Shown: positions 35,744-45,075 of the stretch, one piece after another | How positions within the stretch are numbered: position 1 is the first letter of the stretch | Layout of the letters: the number at the start of each line of letters is the position of its first letter | NCBI GenBank assembly: GCA_001820055.1 | Contig: MHOK01000022.1 | Span: 1 to 45,110 of the forward strand | Length of the DNA: 45,110 nt | Reading direction: 5' to 3' | Source: Candidatus Spechtbacteria bacterium RIFCSPLOWO2_12_FULL_38_22 | GTDB lineage: Bacteria; Patescibacteriota; Minisyncoccia; Spechtbacterales; 2-12-FULL-38-22 | Made by a program: the position numbers and the translations under genes | The notes under the pieces: model-generated | What the model was told of the DNA's origin: nothing | Databases searched by the model: none | The model's input: the letters and a program-made list of their open reading frames with translations, nothing else

Positions 35744-36955
35744 TTACTGTAAAGTATTGATGCTTGTGTATATTGGCAAAAGGACTCCGGCAACTAAAAG
35801 AGCTACGCCAAATCCCATAATAACTATCAACATTGGCTCAATAAGAGAAACAAGGTTATCAACAGCGTTTGTAACTTCCTCTTCATAAAAGCTAGCCACG
35901 TTCTGTAAAATTTCGTCTAACTTTCCTGTTTTTTCTCCAACAGCTATCATTTGGGTAACCATTGCAGAAATTTCGGGATGCTCTTTCAAGGATTGGGACA
36001 AGCTAATGCCCCTACTCACTTTCTCTTTTGCGTCCATAATTATTCTTTTATAAACTAGATTGTCTATAACATTTGCCGATATTGTTAAAGATTGGCTAAA
36101 TGGAACGCCTCCACGAATAAGAAGACCGAAAGATTCTGAAAATCTAAACAAATAAATATTCTTAAATATACGCCCAAAAATAGGAATTTTTAACTGCGCT
36201 AAACTCCAAAACTCTTTACCTGTTTTTGTTTTTAAAAACCGAATAATCCCCACTATGCCCACAATAACTACCGTAACAAATATATACCACTGATTTCTTA
36301 TAAAATCCGATGCCACGGCGATAACTCTTGTTATCAAAGGAAGCTCGGCCCCGGATTGTTCAAGTACGCTCAAAAGTTGCGGTATGACAAATACAAGCAT
36401 TGCAACTCCCACAATTATAAACACTCCCAACACAAAAATAGGATAAATCATGGAACCCCTAATTTTTGAAATAATTCCGTGCTCTCTTTCGGTGTATCGC
36501 GCCAGATAATTTAAAACTTTATCAAGGGTGCCGGACTCTTCACCAGCTTTTACTATTTGTACATAAAAGTTAGAAAATATATTAGGATACTGGGCCAAAG
36601 CTTGATCAAACTCCATACCACCGTCAACGTCAGCAACTATATCTAAAAGAGCCTCCTGCAATTTAGGATTTTCTGTTTGATTGGCAAGTGTATGCAATGA
36701 TTCAACAAGCGGAACTGCAGCGGCAAAAAGTGTAGCTAATTGTCTAGAAAATATAGATAAATCCCTAGAAGAAACCCTCTGAAAAAATTTAAACTGCCTT
36801 AGATAAACCGGAGTGGCCTCAACAGATTTTATTGAAACAACTACAAGATTAATGCGTTGCAATATCTGCAACGCATTTTCTTCGTTAGAAGCTTCAACTG
36901 TTCCCGTCTGGGTTTCTCCTGTTTGAGTTCTTGCTTGATATTCGTAGATTGCCAC
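35744..36955 (-). CDS. pilC: Type IV pilus platform protein (GspF/PilC family)
   Basis: 403 aa. Duplicated GspF-type domain with three TM segments. GTG start. Confidence 0.88.
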   Translation of the reverse strand: MAIYEYQARTQTGETQTGTVEASNEENALQILQRINLVVVSIKSVEATPVYLRQFKFFQRVSSRDLSIFSRQLATLFAAAVPLVESLHTLANQTENPKLQEALLDIVADVDGGMEFDQALAQYPNIFSNFYVQIVKAGEESGTLDKVLNYLARYTEREHGIISKIRGSMIYPIFVLGVFIIVGVAMLVFVIPQLLSVLEQSGAELPLITRVIAVASDFIRNQWYIFVTVVIVGIVGIIRFLKTKTGKEFWSLAQLKIPIFGRIFKNIYLFRFSESFGLLIRGGVPFSQSLTISANVIDNLVYKRIIMDAKEKVSRGISLSQSLKEHPEISAMVTQMIAVGEKTGKLDEILQNVASFYEEEVTNAVDNLVSLIEPMLIVIMGFGVALLVAGVLLPIYTSINTLQ

Positions 36956-36981
36956 GTTTTTTTAATCTATTTAATTCTTAT

Positions 36982-38049
36982 TTATTTCAATAACGACCTC
37001 AACTCTCTTGAGTTCAAAGAATAGCTTTCCGCAACTTCCATAGATATTTTTCCCTCTTTCACCATATCGCTTAAGTATCGATTAAAAGATATCATTCCCT
37101 CATCTCCACCAGTTTCTATAACTAAACCTATTTCGTGAACCTTTCCTTCTCGTATCATGTTGCGTACCGCAGGATTTGCAATAAGCACCTCCACTGCCGG
37201 TATTATTCCCCCATTAAGTTTGGGCACTAACCTTTGCGATACAACACCGATTAAAGTTAGAGCAAGTTGAGCCTTTATTTGTTGTTGTTGCTCCGGTGGA
37301 AAACTATCTATAATTCTATTTATAGTTTGCGCACTATTATTCGTATGAAGTGTTGCTAAAACTAAATGTCCTGTTTCTGCGGCAGTTACTGCGGTAGAGA
37401 TAGTTTCTGGATCTCTCATTTCCCCAAGCATAATTATGTCTGGATCTTGTCGAAAAGAGTCCCGAAGCGCATCTTTAAAACCAAGTGTGTCCCTGCCAAC
37501 TTCGCGTTGATCTATTATTGATTTATCTTGAGTAAAAATATACTCGATAGGATCTTCTATGGTAATTATGTGTTCTGCTCTTTTGTTATTTATCTGCTCT
37601 ATAAGAGCGGCAAGTGTAGTAGATTTTCCATGCCCAGCAGGTCCAGCTATTAATACCAGCCCCTGTTGATAATTAGCAAATTTACTCACAATATCTGGCA
37701 AACCTAGTTCTTGTACTGTCTTTACTTGAGCCGGAATAAAACGAAACGCTAAAGATACTGCCCCAAACTGGTAATACACATTTACACGAAACCGAGCTAC
37801 GTTTTTATATGAATAAGAAAGGTCTACTGATTTGTTTTTCTTTAGTGCTTCATTTTTTTCGTCGTTCAATATAACACCCGCCAAACCCTCGGTATCTTGC
37901 GGTGTTAAAATCTTTTCTTTCGTCATAGGCACTAATTCACCGTCCACGCGCAATGTTGCCGCCCTGCCAGCAGACAAATGTAAATCAGACGCGTTATTGC
38001 GCGCGACATTTTCTAAATATTCAAATAATTTTTGTTCGTAATTTTCCAT
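36982..38049 (-). CDS. pilT: Type IV pilus retraction ATPase
   Basis: Walker A GPAGHGKST and a His box HLVLATLHTN. 355 aa with no N-terminal extension. Confidence 0.88.
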   Translation of the reverse strand: MENYEQKLFEYLENVARNNASDLHLSAGRAATLRVDGELVPMTKEKILTPQDTEGLAGVILNDEKNEALKKNKSVDLSYSYKNVARFRVNVYYQFGAVSLAFRFIPAQVKTVQELGLPDIVSKFANYQQGLVLIAGPAGHGKSTTLAALIEQINNKRAEHIITIEDPIEYIFTQDKSIIDQREVGRDTLGFKDALRDSFRQDPDIIMLGEMRDPETISTAVTAAETGHLVLATLHTNNSAQTINRIIDSFPPEQQQQIKAQLALTLIGVVSQRLVPKLNGGIIPAVEVLIANPAVRNMIREGKVHEIGLVIETGGDEGMISFNRYLSDMVKEGKISMEVAESYSLNSRELRSLLK

Positions 38050-38088
38050 ATTTATTTACCAAACAGCTTACTAAACTATTTTTACTTT

Positions 38089-39843
38089 TTAATATTCCTC
38101 TACCGCTCTTAGCACATCGTCTAATCTTACAACACCCTTCAACGCTTTGATTATCCCATCCTGTTTCATTGTAACCATGCCTTGCCTTAATGCTTCTTGT
38201 TCAATTTTCAAAGCGTTCGCTTCTTCTTCTATTATTATTCTTTTTAGTTCGTCTGTCATTTCTAAAGCTTCAAACATACCGATTCTTCCTTTAGTTCTTT
38301 TATTATTACATTTTTTACACCCCTTTGCTTCCCAAAGTTTATATTTGCTTGATATCTCATACTGAGACAAAACTTCTTTTGGCAGTCTGGCTAACTCTTC
38401 ATCTATCATTCTTACAATTTTTGGAGTTGGTTCTATCTCATATTTGCAATCCTTACATAACCTTCCAATTAATCTTTGGGCAACAGCCAGTGTAACAGAG
38501 CTTGGTATCAAAAATACTTCCACTCCCAAATCTATTAACCTTGGAATTACTCCAACAGAATTATTGGTGTGTATAGTAGAAAAAACCAAATGCCCGGTTA
38601 AAGAAGCTTGTATCGCTAATTTTGCTGTTTCTGAATCTCGAATCTCACCAACCATTACAATGTCTGGATCTTGTCGCACAACACTACGCAAACCAGACGC
38701 AAATGTATAATCAATCTCTGGTCTTATTTGAGATTGTGAAACACCCTCTACGTGATACTCAATAGGATCCTCTAGACTAACAACATTAACCCCTTCTTTG
38801 TTTACCTTGTTTAATCCTGTGTATAATGTCGTGGTTTTTCCAGATCCTGTTGGACCAGATACAAGAATCATTCCAAATGGAGCAGAAATAGCATCGTTAA
38901 ATCTACGCAAATTCTCCTTGTCCAAACCTAAGTCTTCAAACTCTACCGCCGCCGCCGTAGGATCAAGAACACGCATTACAATTTTCTCACCAAGATTTGT
39001 GGGCAACGAAGATACACGAAAATCTATTAGCTTTCCTCCTATATTGGCCCCAAAGCGTCCGTCCTGGGGCACACGTGATTCATCTAATCGCAAAGATGCT
39101 AAAATCTTAACTCTAGCCACTATAGAACTGTGAACCGCTATTGGTAGTAGCAAACTGGAATACAAAACTCCGTCTACCCTATAACGAATACGTGTTTTAT
39201 TACGAAGAGGCTCTATGTGTATATCGGAAGCCTGAGCATCTATGGCATGTTTTAATATAACTGCGACAATTTTTGTAACAGGAGTTTCTTTAACGGTGGT
39301 GATTCCAACATCTTCATCTTTACCCTCATCATTTAGTCTAGTTATATTCTCTTGTAAACTTTTTTCTATTTCTTCTAGTGCGCCGCGAACCTCAACCTGC
39401 ATTCCTTTATAAAGAGTAATAATTGCTTCAAAATCCCTTTCGGTTATAACAACAATTGAGGGCTCGAGCTTTGTTCTTAATAAAAGAAATCTAAGCGCCT
39501 GTTGGGCTTTGATATCTGTAGGATCAACCATGCCAACAATAAATGCATTATCTCCCCTACTTATTGGAACCATTCTATACTGATGAGCTATTTCTTGCGG
39601 AATCAATCCTAGAATTTCTTTTGAAATCGGGTTGGAAGAATCGTAAGTGTAACTTTCTGTTCTGGTGGATTTGGACTTGGCATTCAATAGTTGCTCCAAG
39701 GTTACATTAAATTTTCTTAAAATGTATTCCTCAAAACTTAACTCTTGCGAATCTATATTTGCATTTACGTCGTTAATATCCTGTTGCGTTAAAATCTTTT
39801 GATTTACTAAAATTTCTAATAATTTTTTCTCAAAAATAGTCAT
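38089..39843 (-). CDS. pilB: Type IV pilus assembly ATPase (GspE/PilB family)
   Basis: N-terminal GspE_N-like domain, Walker A GPTGSGKTT and a tetracysteine motif CKDC...CKKC. Confidence 0.9.
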   Translation of the reverse strand: MTIFEKKLLEILVNQKILTQQDINDVNANIDSQELSFEEYILRKFNVTLEQLLNAKSKSTRTESYTYDSSNPISKEILGLIPQEIAHQYRMVPISRGDNAFIVGMVDPTDIKAQQALRFLLLRTKLEPSIVVITERDFEAIITLYKGMQVEVRGALEEIEKSLQENITRLNDEGKDEDVGITTVKETPVTKIVAVILKHAIDAQASDIHIEPLRNKTRIRYRVDGVLYSSLLLPIAVHSSIVARVKILASLRLDESRVPQDGRFGANIGGKLIDFRVSSLPTNLGEKIVMRVLDPTAAAVEFEDLGLDKENLRRFNDAISAPFGMILVSGPTGSGKTTTLYTGLNKVNKEGVNVVSLEDPIEYHVEGVSQSQIRPEIDYTFASGLRSVVRQDPDIVMVGEIRDSETAKLAIQASLTGHLVFSTIHTNNSVGVIPRLIDLGVEVFLIPSSVTLAVAQRLIGRLCKDCKYEIEPTPKIVRMIDEELARLPKEVLSQYEISSKYKLWEAKGCKKCNNKRTKGRIGMFEALEMTDELKRIIIEEEANALKIEQEALRQGMVTMKQDGIIKALKGVVRLDDVLRAVEEY

Positions 39844-39844
39844 A

Positions 39845-40162
39845 TTAGTTTTGTGTTTCTAAAGATGGCTCGAACGGATTAGCTCTTCCAAATGACTCTG
39901 GCGCCTCAAGCGGTGTATATTTATCAAATTGACGCAATACACCATCCTCAAAAAATGATTTCGGTATAGATATCTCTTTAATTAATGCCCGCGCAGCATC
40001 TTGAGTCGCCTTGGGCGTCAATACAGCCCCGCCGCCCCTTGATCTTGGTTTGTTGCCCAATCCTAAAAACAAAACAACCACCGTAACTAAAATAACTCCA
40101 ACCAAAAGACCTACCAATCGTTGCGTGCGTTTTCTTTTTTGTAATGGGGTTAACTTTGACAT
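39845..40162 (-). CDS. Small single-pass membrane protein in the pilus cluster
   Basis: Basic N-terminus followed by the TM helix LVGLLVGVILVTVVVLFLGL. No family was recognised. Confidence 0.5.
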   Translation of the reverse strand: MSKLTPLQKRKRTQRLVGLLVGVILVTVVVLFLGLGNKPRSRGGGAVLTPKATQDAARALIKEISIPKSFFEDGVLRQFDKYTPLEAPESFGRANPFEPSLETQN

Positions 40163-40177
40163 ACAAATTTAAATTGC

Positions 40178-40717
40178 TTAACGAGCATAAAATGCTCTTA
40201 CATTTACTGTAAACACCTCCAAATTATTATCCGCAGGTTTTATGTCTATCTTATCAACTTCAAAAATACGAAGAGATTTTTCTAAACTATTAACAAACTC
40301 CTTTAACGATGGATAATTCCCTTCCAGAACGAGAGTCGTGGACATGGTGCCAAAAAAACCGACGCTCTTTTTTTTACCAATAAGCTCGTCCTCTTTAGTG
40401 CTTATACTATTTACAACCAGCCCGTTCTGTTCTGCTAGATTATTCAAAACGCTTACCAAATTTGCTTTATCTGGAAATTTTGGAACAGCAAGCTCTACTA
40501 AACCCCTGTCTTCATCGGTTAACTTAGAAAAAAACGCTCTAGCTTCTAATATACTTGTCTGTGTTTCCTCAAGAACAAGCACATCTGCTTTCTCGTTGTT
40601 AATCTGTTCATTTAAACTATCAATAACTGTTACATTGGGCCATATAAGCAACCAAGCAAAAACAAGCAGTAGGGTAACTGACAAGGTGTATAGTGTGGTT
40701 TTGGTATTTTTTACCAT
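40178..40717 (-). CDS. PilO-like pilus assembly protein
   Basis: N-terminal TM helix, then a coiled coil and an alpha/beta domain. It lies between the PilN-like gene and pilB. Confidence 0.55.
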   Translation of the reverse strand: MVKNTKTTLYTLSVTLLLVFAWLLIWPNVTVIDSLNEQINNEKADVLVLEETQTSILEARAFFSKLTDEDRGLVELAVPKFPDKANLVSVLNNLAEQNGLVVNSISTKEDELIGKKKSVGFFGTMSTTLVLEGNYPSLKEFVNSLEKSLRIFEVDKIDIKPADNNLEVFTVNVRAFYAR

Positions 40718-40740
40718 ATTATAAATATTCCTCTTATAAC

Positions 40741-41298
40741 CTACTCAAGATACTTATCTTTAATTACTAAAAATGCGCTAAATTCTATCTGTCCAGTTGT
40801 ATTTTTATCGAAACTAGTTAAGTCAACACTCTGTACAAATTCGCTTTTTTCGTGCCATATAACAAACTGCTGACCCAATATTTCAAACGTAGGAACAACG
40901 CCTTTAAGTTCTGCGGTTCTAGTTCCTAATACAAAATTAAGTTCTTCCAGCACGGTGTTGGGGTGAATGCTGGCTTCAAAAACAGGAAATAACTTTGAGG
41001 GAAAATCTCGCGCATCAAGTATGCCTTTTAAGGTTTGGGTTTTTTTAGCAAATACTTTTATCTCTGTTGTTTGCGTATTTTCTGCAAGTTCAAGTAGAAC
41101 ATCTTTTTTACCCTGCAAATCTACAATTCTTTTCTCTAAACTTTTAATCCACAGTTCGCTTCCAGCGTATAAAAAAACAAAAAATACAAACACAACAAGT
41201 ACAGGACTAAGGTACTTGTATTTTTGCATAATTCTAGAAATATTTATCCCCTCCTGTGTTTGTTGGCCTCTGCCATGTGGGATTAATGAAATTGCCAT
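40741..41298 (-). CDS. PilN-like pilus assembly protein
   Basis: Cytoplasmic N-terminal peptide, a TM helix and a coiled coil. It lies immediately downstream of pilM. Confidence 0.55.
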   Translation of the reverse strand: MAISLIPHGRGQQTQEGINISRIMQKYKYLSPVLVVFVFFVFLYAGSELWIKSLEKRIVDLQGKKDVLLELAENTQTTEIKVFAKKTQTLKGILDARDFPSKLFPVFEASIHPNTVLEELNFVLGTRTAELKGVVPTFEILGQQFVIWHEKSEFVQSVDLTSFDKNTTGQIEFSAFLVIKDKYLE

Positions 41299-41383
41299 AA
41301 GCGACTAATAACTAGAGATAAATCTGCTTGCGCAGTATATATCTGTGTTTATAAACTCAAAACACTTAATACTAAAACCCAAC

Positions 41384-42427
41384 TTATTTTCTCAACGCCA
41401 ATCCAACTGCAACTGAAAAATCCGGACTGTTTACTCCCAACATATTTTTTAAGCTATTGGGAATCTCCACAGCACGAAAAGGATTGCCAATTTCAACATC
41501 AATGCGTAAAACCTCTTTCACATATTCTACCAACCCCGGCATAAGCGCCGTTCCACCACACAACATTAATTTAGATGCTCTTTGCCCGCCCTCCTGAACA
41601 TAGTTATCTAAAACTTGTTGGCTCTCTGTCAAAATTTTATCTAAGGATATTCTAATTAATTCAAGCGCGTTACTGTCGCTGGATTTCATACCGTCTTTTT
41701 TCTTTAACTCCTCTGCCCTTTCCATATCTATGGACATGCCTCTGGCGATTGTCCTTGTAGCGCTTGCTCCGCCGTAATCTATATTGTGGTGCATAACAAC
41801 AATGCTCCTATCTACCACACTTATATTAGTTGTTCTGCTTCCAATATCTAAAACCGCTAAAATATCTTGGTTATCGGCAGGAATTAAGGCCCTAGCACTG
41901 CTGAACGTTTCCAGTTCCATAGTGGTTAACTCTATATTTATCATTTTAGAAAGCTTGTTATATCTATTCACTATCTCATTTGGAACCGCTACCGTTAAAA
42001 CCTTGAACTTTTGAGGATTAGATATGCTGTCTACTTTCATCCAGTCAAACTGAACTTCCCCAATTGGTACCGGTATATATTTTCTAACTTCGTATTGTAC
42101 GGCATCCTGCAATTCATCGTCGCCCATGCTTGGTAAATCTATAAGGGTTGCGAAACTGGAAAAAACAGGCAAGGCCATGGTAGCTCTTTTTGCGACAAAT
42201 CCAGCACCAGAATACATATCTTGTAAAACATTTGCTATCTGGGAGTCCAATATATTAAAGGATCCGGAATGCGTACTAATGTAATCTCCTTTGGCAAAAA
42301 ATTGAGCATAGTTATTAAGCTTTATATTATTGCCATCGTGTAATAATTCAACCATCTTAATTGAAGAAGTTCCTATATCTATACCTAGGTTATAAATTTT
42401 GTTCTGTTTTTTAAAAACGCTCCACAT
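41384..42427 (-). CDS. pilM: Type IV pilus assembly protein PilM (actin-like ATPase fold)
   Basis: GIDIGTSSIKMVEL and LDIGSRTTN motifs. The track start at 42436 is a TTG, so the ATG at 42427 is preferred. Confidence 0.85.
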   Translation of the reverse strand: MWSVFKKQNKIYNLGIDIGTSSIKMVELLHDGNNIKLNNYAQFFAKGDYISTHSGSFNILDSQIANVLQDMYSGAGFVAKRATMALPVFSSFATLIDLPSMGDDELQDAVQYEVRKYIPVPIGEVQFDWMKVDSISNPQKFKVLTVAVPNEIVNRYNKLSKMINIELTTMELETFSSARALIPADNQDILAVLDIGSRTTNISVVDRSIVVMHHNIDYGGASATRTIARGMSIDMERAEELKKKDGMKSSDSNALELIRISLDKILTESQQVLDNYVQEGGQRASKLMLCGGTALMPGLVEYVKEVLRIDVEIGNPFRAVEIPNSLKNMLGVNSPDFSVAVGLALRK

Positions 42428-42616
42428 AATATACAAAAATAGCCCACGCTTAATACCGACTTTGGGTTCTCTGTCTATATATATTTTAACAAAATAAAAC
42501 GATTAATACTAAAAACTAATCCACACTAAACCGAATTTATAATTTTAATAAAATCTTGTTTAAAACAATTCAGTATGTTTTAACTAAGAGGATAGAATTC
42601 AAATCAAAACCCAATT

Positions 42617-43336
42617 ATGCTCCTATCTAAAATAAGAAACTTTGTAACAGAATCCGTAATCCCCTCCTACTGTTACGGCTGTAAAAAAGAAAGCACTTAC
42701 TTGTGTGAGGATTGTTTTGAAATTATAAATTCATTTTCAAAAAGCATATGCCCTCATTGCAAACAAGCTCTAGCCTTTGGGAAACTACCTAACACTTGTC
42801 GCCGCGAACTTTATTTAGACCGTATATTCAGCTGCGCAGACTATAAAGATGTGCGAATAAAAAACTTGATAAAAGACTTGAAATACAATTACTCTTTCGC
42901 GCTTGCAAAACCATTAGCGGAATTTGGATATTGGTGGCTGCAAAAAAACGAATATGCAGACGAAATTAAAAATAATATTGGTTTAATAATTCCTATTCCA
43001 TTACATAAAACTAAATTAAAAAAACGTGGATTTAACCACGCAGAACATCTTGCAAAACATTTAGGAGTTTTGCTAGATATTCCAGTTGCTAATAACCTTC
43101 TTACTAAAAATCGGCGTACAATACCTCAAATTGAAACTGAAACCAAAGAACAACGACAAGAAAATTTAAAAAACGCTTTTAGCACTATAGGGACTCCTGG
43201 AGTCCCTATAGTGAGCACAAATGTTTTGCTAATTGATGATGTACTCACCACCGGATCCACCCTTCGTGAATGCGCAAAGGTTTTGCGAAAAAATGGAGTT
43301 AAAGAAGTTTGGGCGCTAACTATCGCACAAGACTAA
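42617..43336 (+). CDS. comFC: ComF-family phosphoribosyltransferase (ComFC)
   Basis: N-terminal Cys clusters (CYGC..CEDC, CPHC) and the PRTase motif LLIDDVLTTGSTL. Confidence 0.85.
   Translation: MLLSKIRNFVTESVIPSYCYGCKKESTYLCEDCFEIINSFSKSICPHCKQALAFGKLPNTCRRELYLDRIFSCADYKDVRIKNLIKDLKYNYSFALAKPLAEFGYWWLQKNEYADEIKNNIGLIIPIPLHKTKLKKRGFNHAEHLAKHLGVLLDIPVANNLLTKNRRTIPQIETETKEQRQENLKNAFSTIGTPGVPIVSTNVLLIDDVLTTGSTLRECAKVLRKNGVKEVWALTIAQD
43183..43213. repeat. Palindromic element (TATAGGG family), copy 3, in frame inside comFC
   Basis: CACTATAGGGACTCC-T-GGAGTCCCTATAGTG. Translated as STIGTPGVPIVS. Confidence 0.88.
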
Positions 43337-43373
43337 ATTAGTGAGTAGTGAGTAGCAGGCGATAGTAAAAAAT

Positions 43374-43402
43374 AATTCCTAGGGGTTGAACCCCTAGGAA
43401 TT
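43374..43402. terminator. Bidirectional terminator between comFC and pyrE
   Basis: AATTCCTAGGGG-TTGAA-CCCCTAGGAATT, with A-rich and T-rich flanks. Confidence 0.75.
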
Positions 43403-43427
43403 TAAACCCTCAGAAAAATCGCTAAAA

Positions 43428-43937
43428 TTATGACAATAAATCCTCTACAGTCAATAGATGCTTAACTGATATTTCCAATTGCGCGTCTCCCCGCTTCACT
43501 ACAACACATGCTTGTAAAATTTTGGCTCCTGTCGGTTTTAATGCCTCTATCACTTGGGTAATACTGTTTCCTGTGGTTAAAACATCATCTATAACCACTA
43601 CCCTATCTTGCATGTTTGGGATATACCCATCAATCATTTCTTTTGTTCCATGATTTTTAACCTTATCTCTGATAAGCGATAGTTTTAAATTATTTTTAAG
43701 AGCGACTGCGGTTGCAAGTGGTATGCCTCCATATCCGCAAGCTCCAACGCATGTTGTGTTGTTAAAATTTGACTTCAATAAATTACTCATCGCTTCCACC
43801 AACAAAAAAAAAGCCCAGGGATCTCCGTAGGCCTTTTTTATATCAACATAAAAATTAGACATCTTTCCGCTTCTCAACCGAATTGGTTCTTTTATCACCA
43901 CGCCTAATTCTTTTAGTTTTTTAATAAGAAGTTGCAT
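43428..43937 (-). CDS. pyrE: Orotate phosphoribosyltransferase-like PRTase
   Basis: RLRSGKMSNFYVD and the PRPP motif VVVIDDVLTTGNS. Confidence 0.75.
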   Translation of the reverse strand: MQLLIKKLKELGVVIKEPIRLRSGKMSNFYVDIKKAYGDPWAFFLLVEAMSNLLKSNFNNTTCVGACGYGGIPLATAVALKNNLKLSLIRDKVKNHGTKEMIDGYIPNMQDRVVVIDDVLTTGNSITQVIEALKPTGAKILQACVVVKRGDAQLEISVKHLLTVEDLLS

Positions 43938-43940
43938 ATA

Positions 43941-44661
43941 CTATTTTATGTAAACTTCGTTGCCACTTTTTTTAAATTCCTCCAAAAATTGTTTTTCTAT
44001 AAAATTATTTAGGTAAGATATGTTGTGAAAGAGTAAGCTTGAATCTAAAACTGCTTTTCTTCTCCTTAGATCACCTGCGTATTGTGGCAAATCCTTATAT
44101 TCTCCCAAATCTAACCTCCGAGACTCTTCTACTGCTTCGTCAAACGATACAAGAAACTTTTTTGTCTTAAAAATAATATAGTTTCTTGTTCCAAATAAGC
44201 AAGACTTTACAAAATGCAGTGACGCAGTGTCCTTGTCGCCATTGCGATACGAATGTGTGGCCGCCAACGCATAACCGAGGTTAAACCTCACTTCTTGAAG
44301 TAAATCCAACATTGCAATTTCCGGCTTCTCAAGATTTTCAACTACCCTTTCTCCTGATACTGTTTTTGCCGATTCTGATAATTCTCTGATATAAATATTT
44401 TTTTGAAACGGCGTATCTATATTGCCTTCAACAAATTCCTCATACAAAAACGGGAACACGCTTACCCCCCCATTTTTTAATGTCCAATTTGTTTTTTATT
44501 TCCATGCGACTTACATAGTTATTCTTTTTCATTAAAACCCCTATTTCATAATCGCTCCCCTCGTAAAAATCGTCGCGCGCCCTAGATCCATAAATAAAAA
44601 TAGAAGCAGGATTGAATGCTTCTTCAATATCTTTAATCAATTTTTCTAAATTTACTTTCAT
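43941..44661 (-). pseudogene. Pol-beta-superfamily nucleotidyltransferase with a helical C-terminal domain, split by a frameshift at a G7 tract
   Basis: N-terminal ORF (44440-44661) carries the NTase motif YGSRARDDFYEGSDYEIGV. The downstream 172-aa ORF (43941-44459) is offset by one base. The G7 tract (44465-44471) and A6 tract lie just upstream of the junction. Confidence 0.5.
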
Positions 44662-44666
44662 AAAGT

Positions 44667-44698
44667 TGGCGTCCTCGAGAGGATTCGAACCTCCGACC
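44667..44698 (-). pseudogene. 3' fragment of tRNA-Arg (variable loop to CCA)
   Basis: 32 nt identical to 44930-44961. Confidence 0.85.
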
Positions 44699-45075
44699 AT
44701 GTCCTGTATTTAACAACTGAAGTTTATTTAGCGGAGCGTATATTGTTTATATTTGAGGCACGAGGAGCGACGCGATGCGGTTGCATCGTGAGCAACAAGC
44801 AACAAAAAATATAAGCAATATACGCCCGCCCCTTGGGAAACAAAATAATACATTATCTGCTGTGTTACTCCTTCTCAAGGTAGTAAAACTACCTTTTCGT
44901 CGGAGTGTCTCGCACTAGTCCTGCATCTTTGGCGTCCTCGAGAGGATTCGAACCTCCGACCTCAACCTCCGCAAGGTTGCGCTCTATCCAGCTGAGCTAC
45001 GAGGACATCAAAGATGCAGGATCTAATATATTATTTTGTTTCTAAGCTAAACTTCAGTTGTTAAATACAGGACTT
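44699..45075 (-). mobile_element. 377-nt cassette with perfect 26-bp terminal inverted repeats, carrying a tRNA-Arg gene
   Basis: The inverted repeats GTCCTGTATTTAACAACTGAAGTTTA at 44701-44726 and 45048-45073 are perfect reverse complements. The cassette is flanked by the two halves of a tRNA-Arg gene. Confidence 0.5.
44930..45006 (-). tRNA. tRNA-Arg(GCG), CCA encoded
   Basis: GTCCTCG TA GCTC AGCTGGATA GAGC G CAACC TTGCGGA GGTTG AGGTC GGAGG TTCGAAT CCTCT CGAGGAC G CCA. Confidence 0.88.

Noticed and set aside
43183-43193. CACTATAGGGA matches the initiation region of the T7 class III promoter
   Set aside because: Only 11 nt match. The upstream recognition half (TAATACGACT) is absent. The string is explained by the palindromic repeat family.
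44662-44700. First 13 codons (MVGGSNPLEDANF) of track ORF 44440-44700
   Set aside because: They are the translation of the tRNA-Arg 3' fragment. The NTase most plausibly starts at the ATG at 44661 (MKVNLEKL…).
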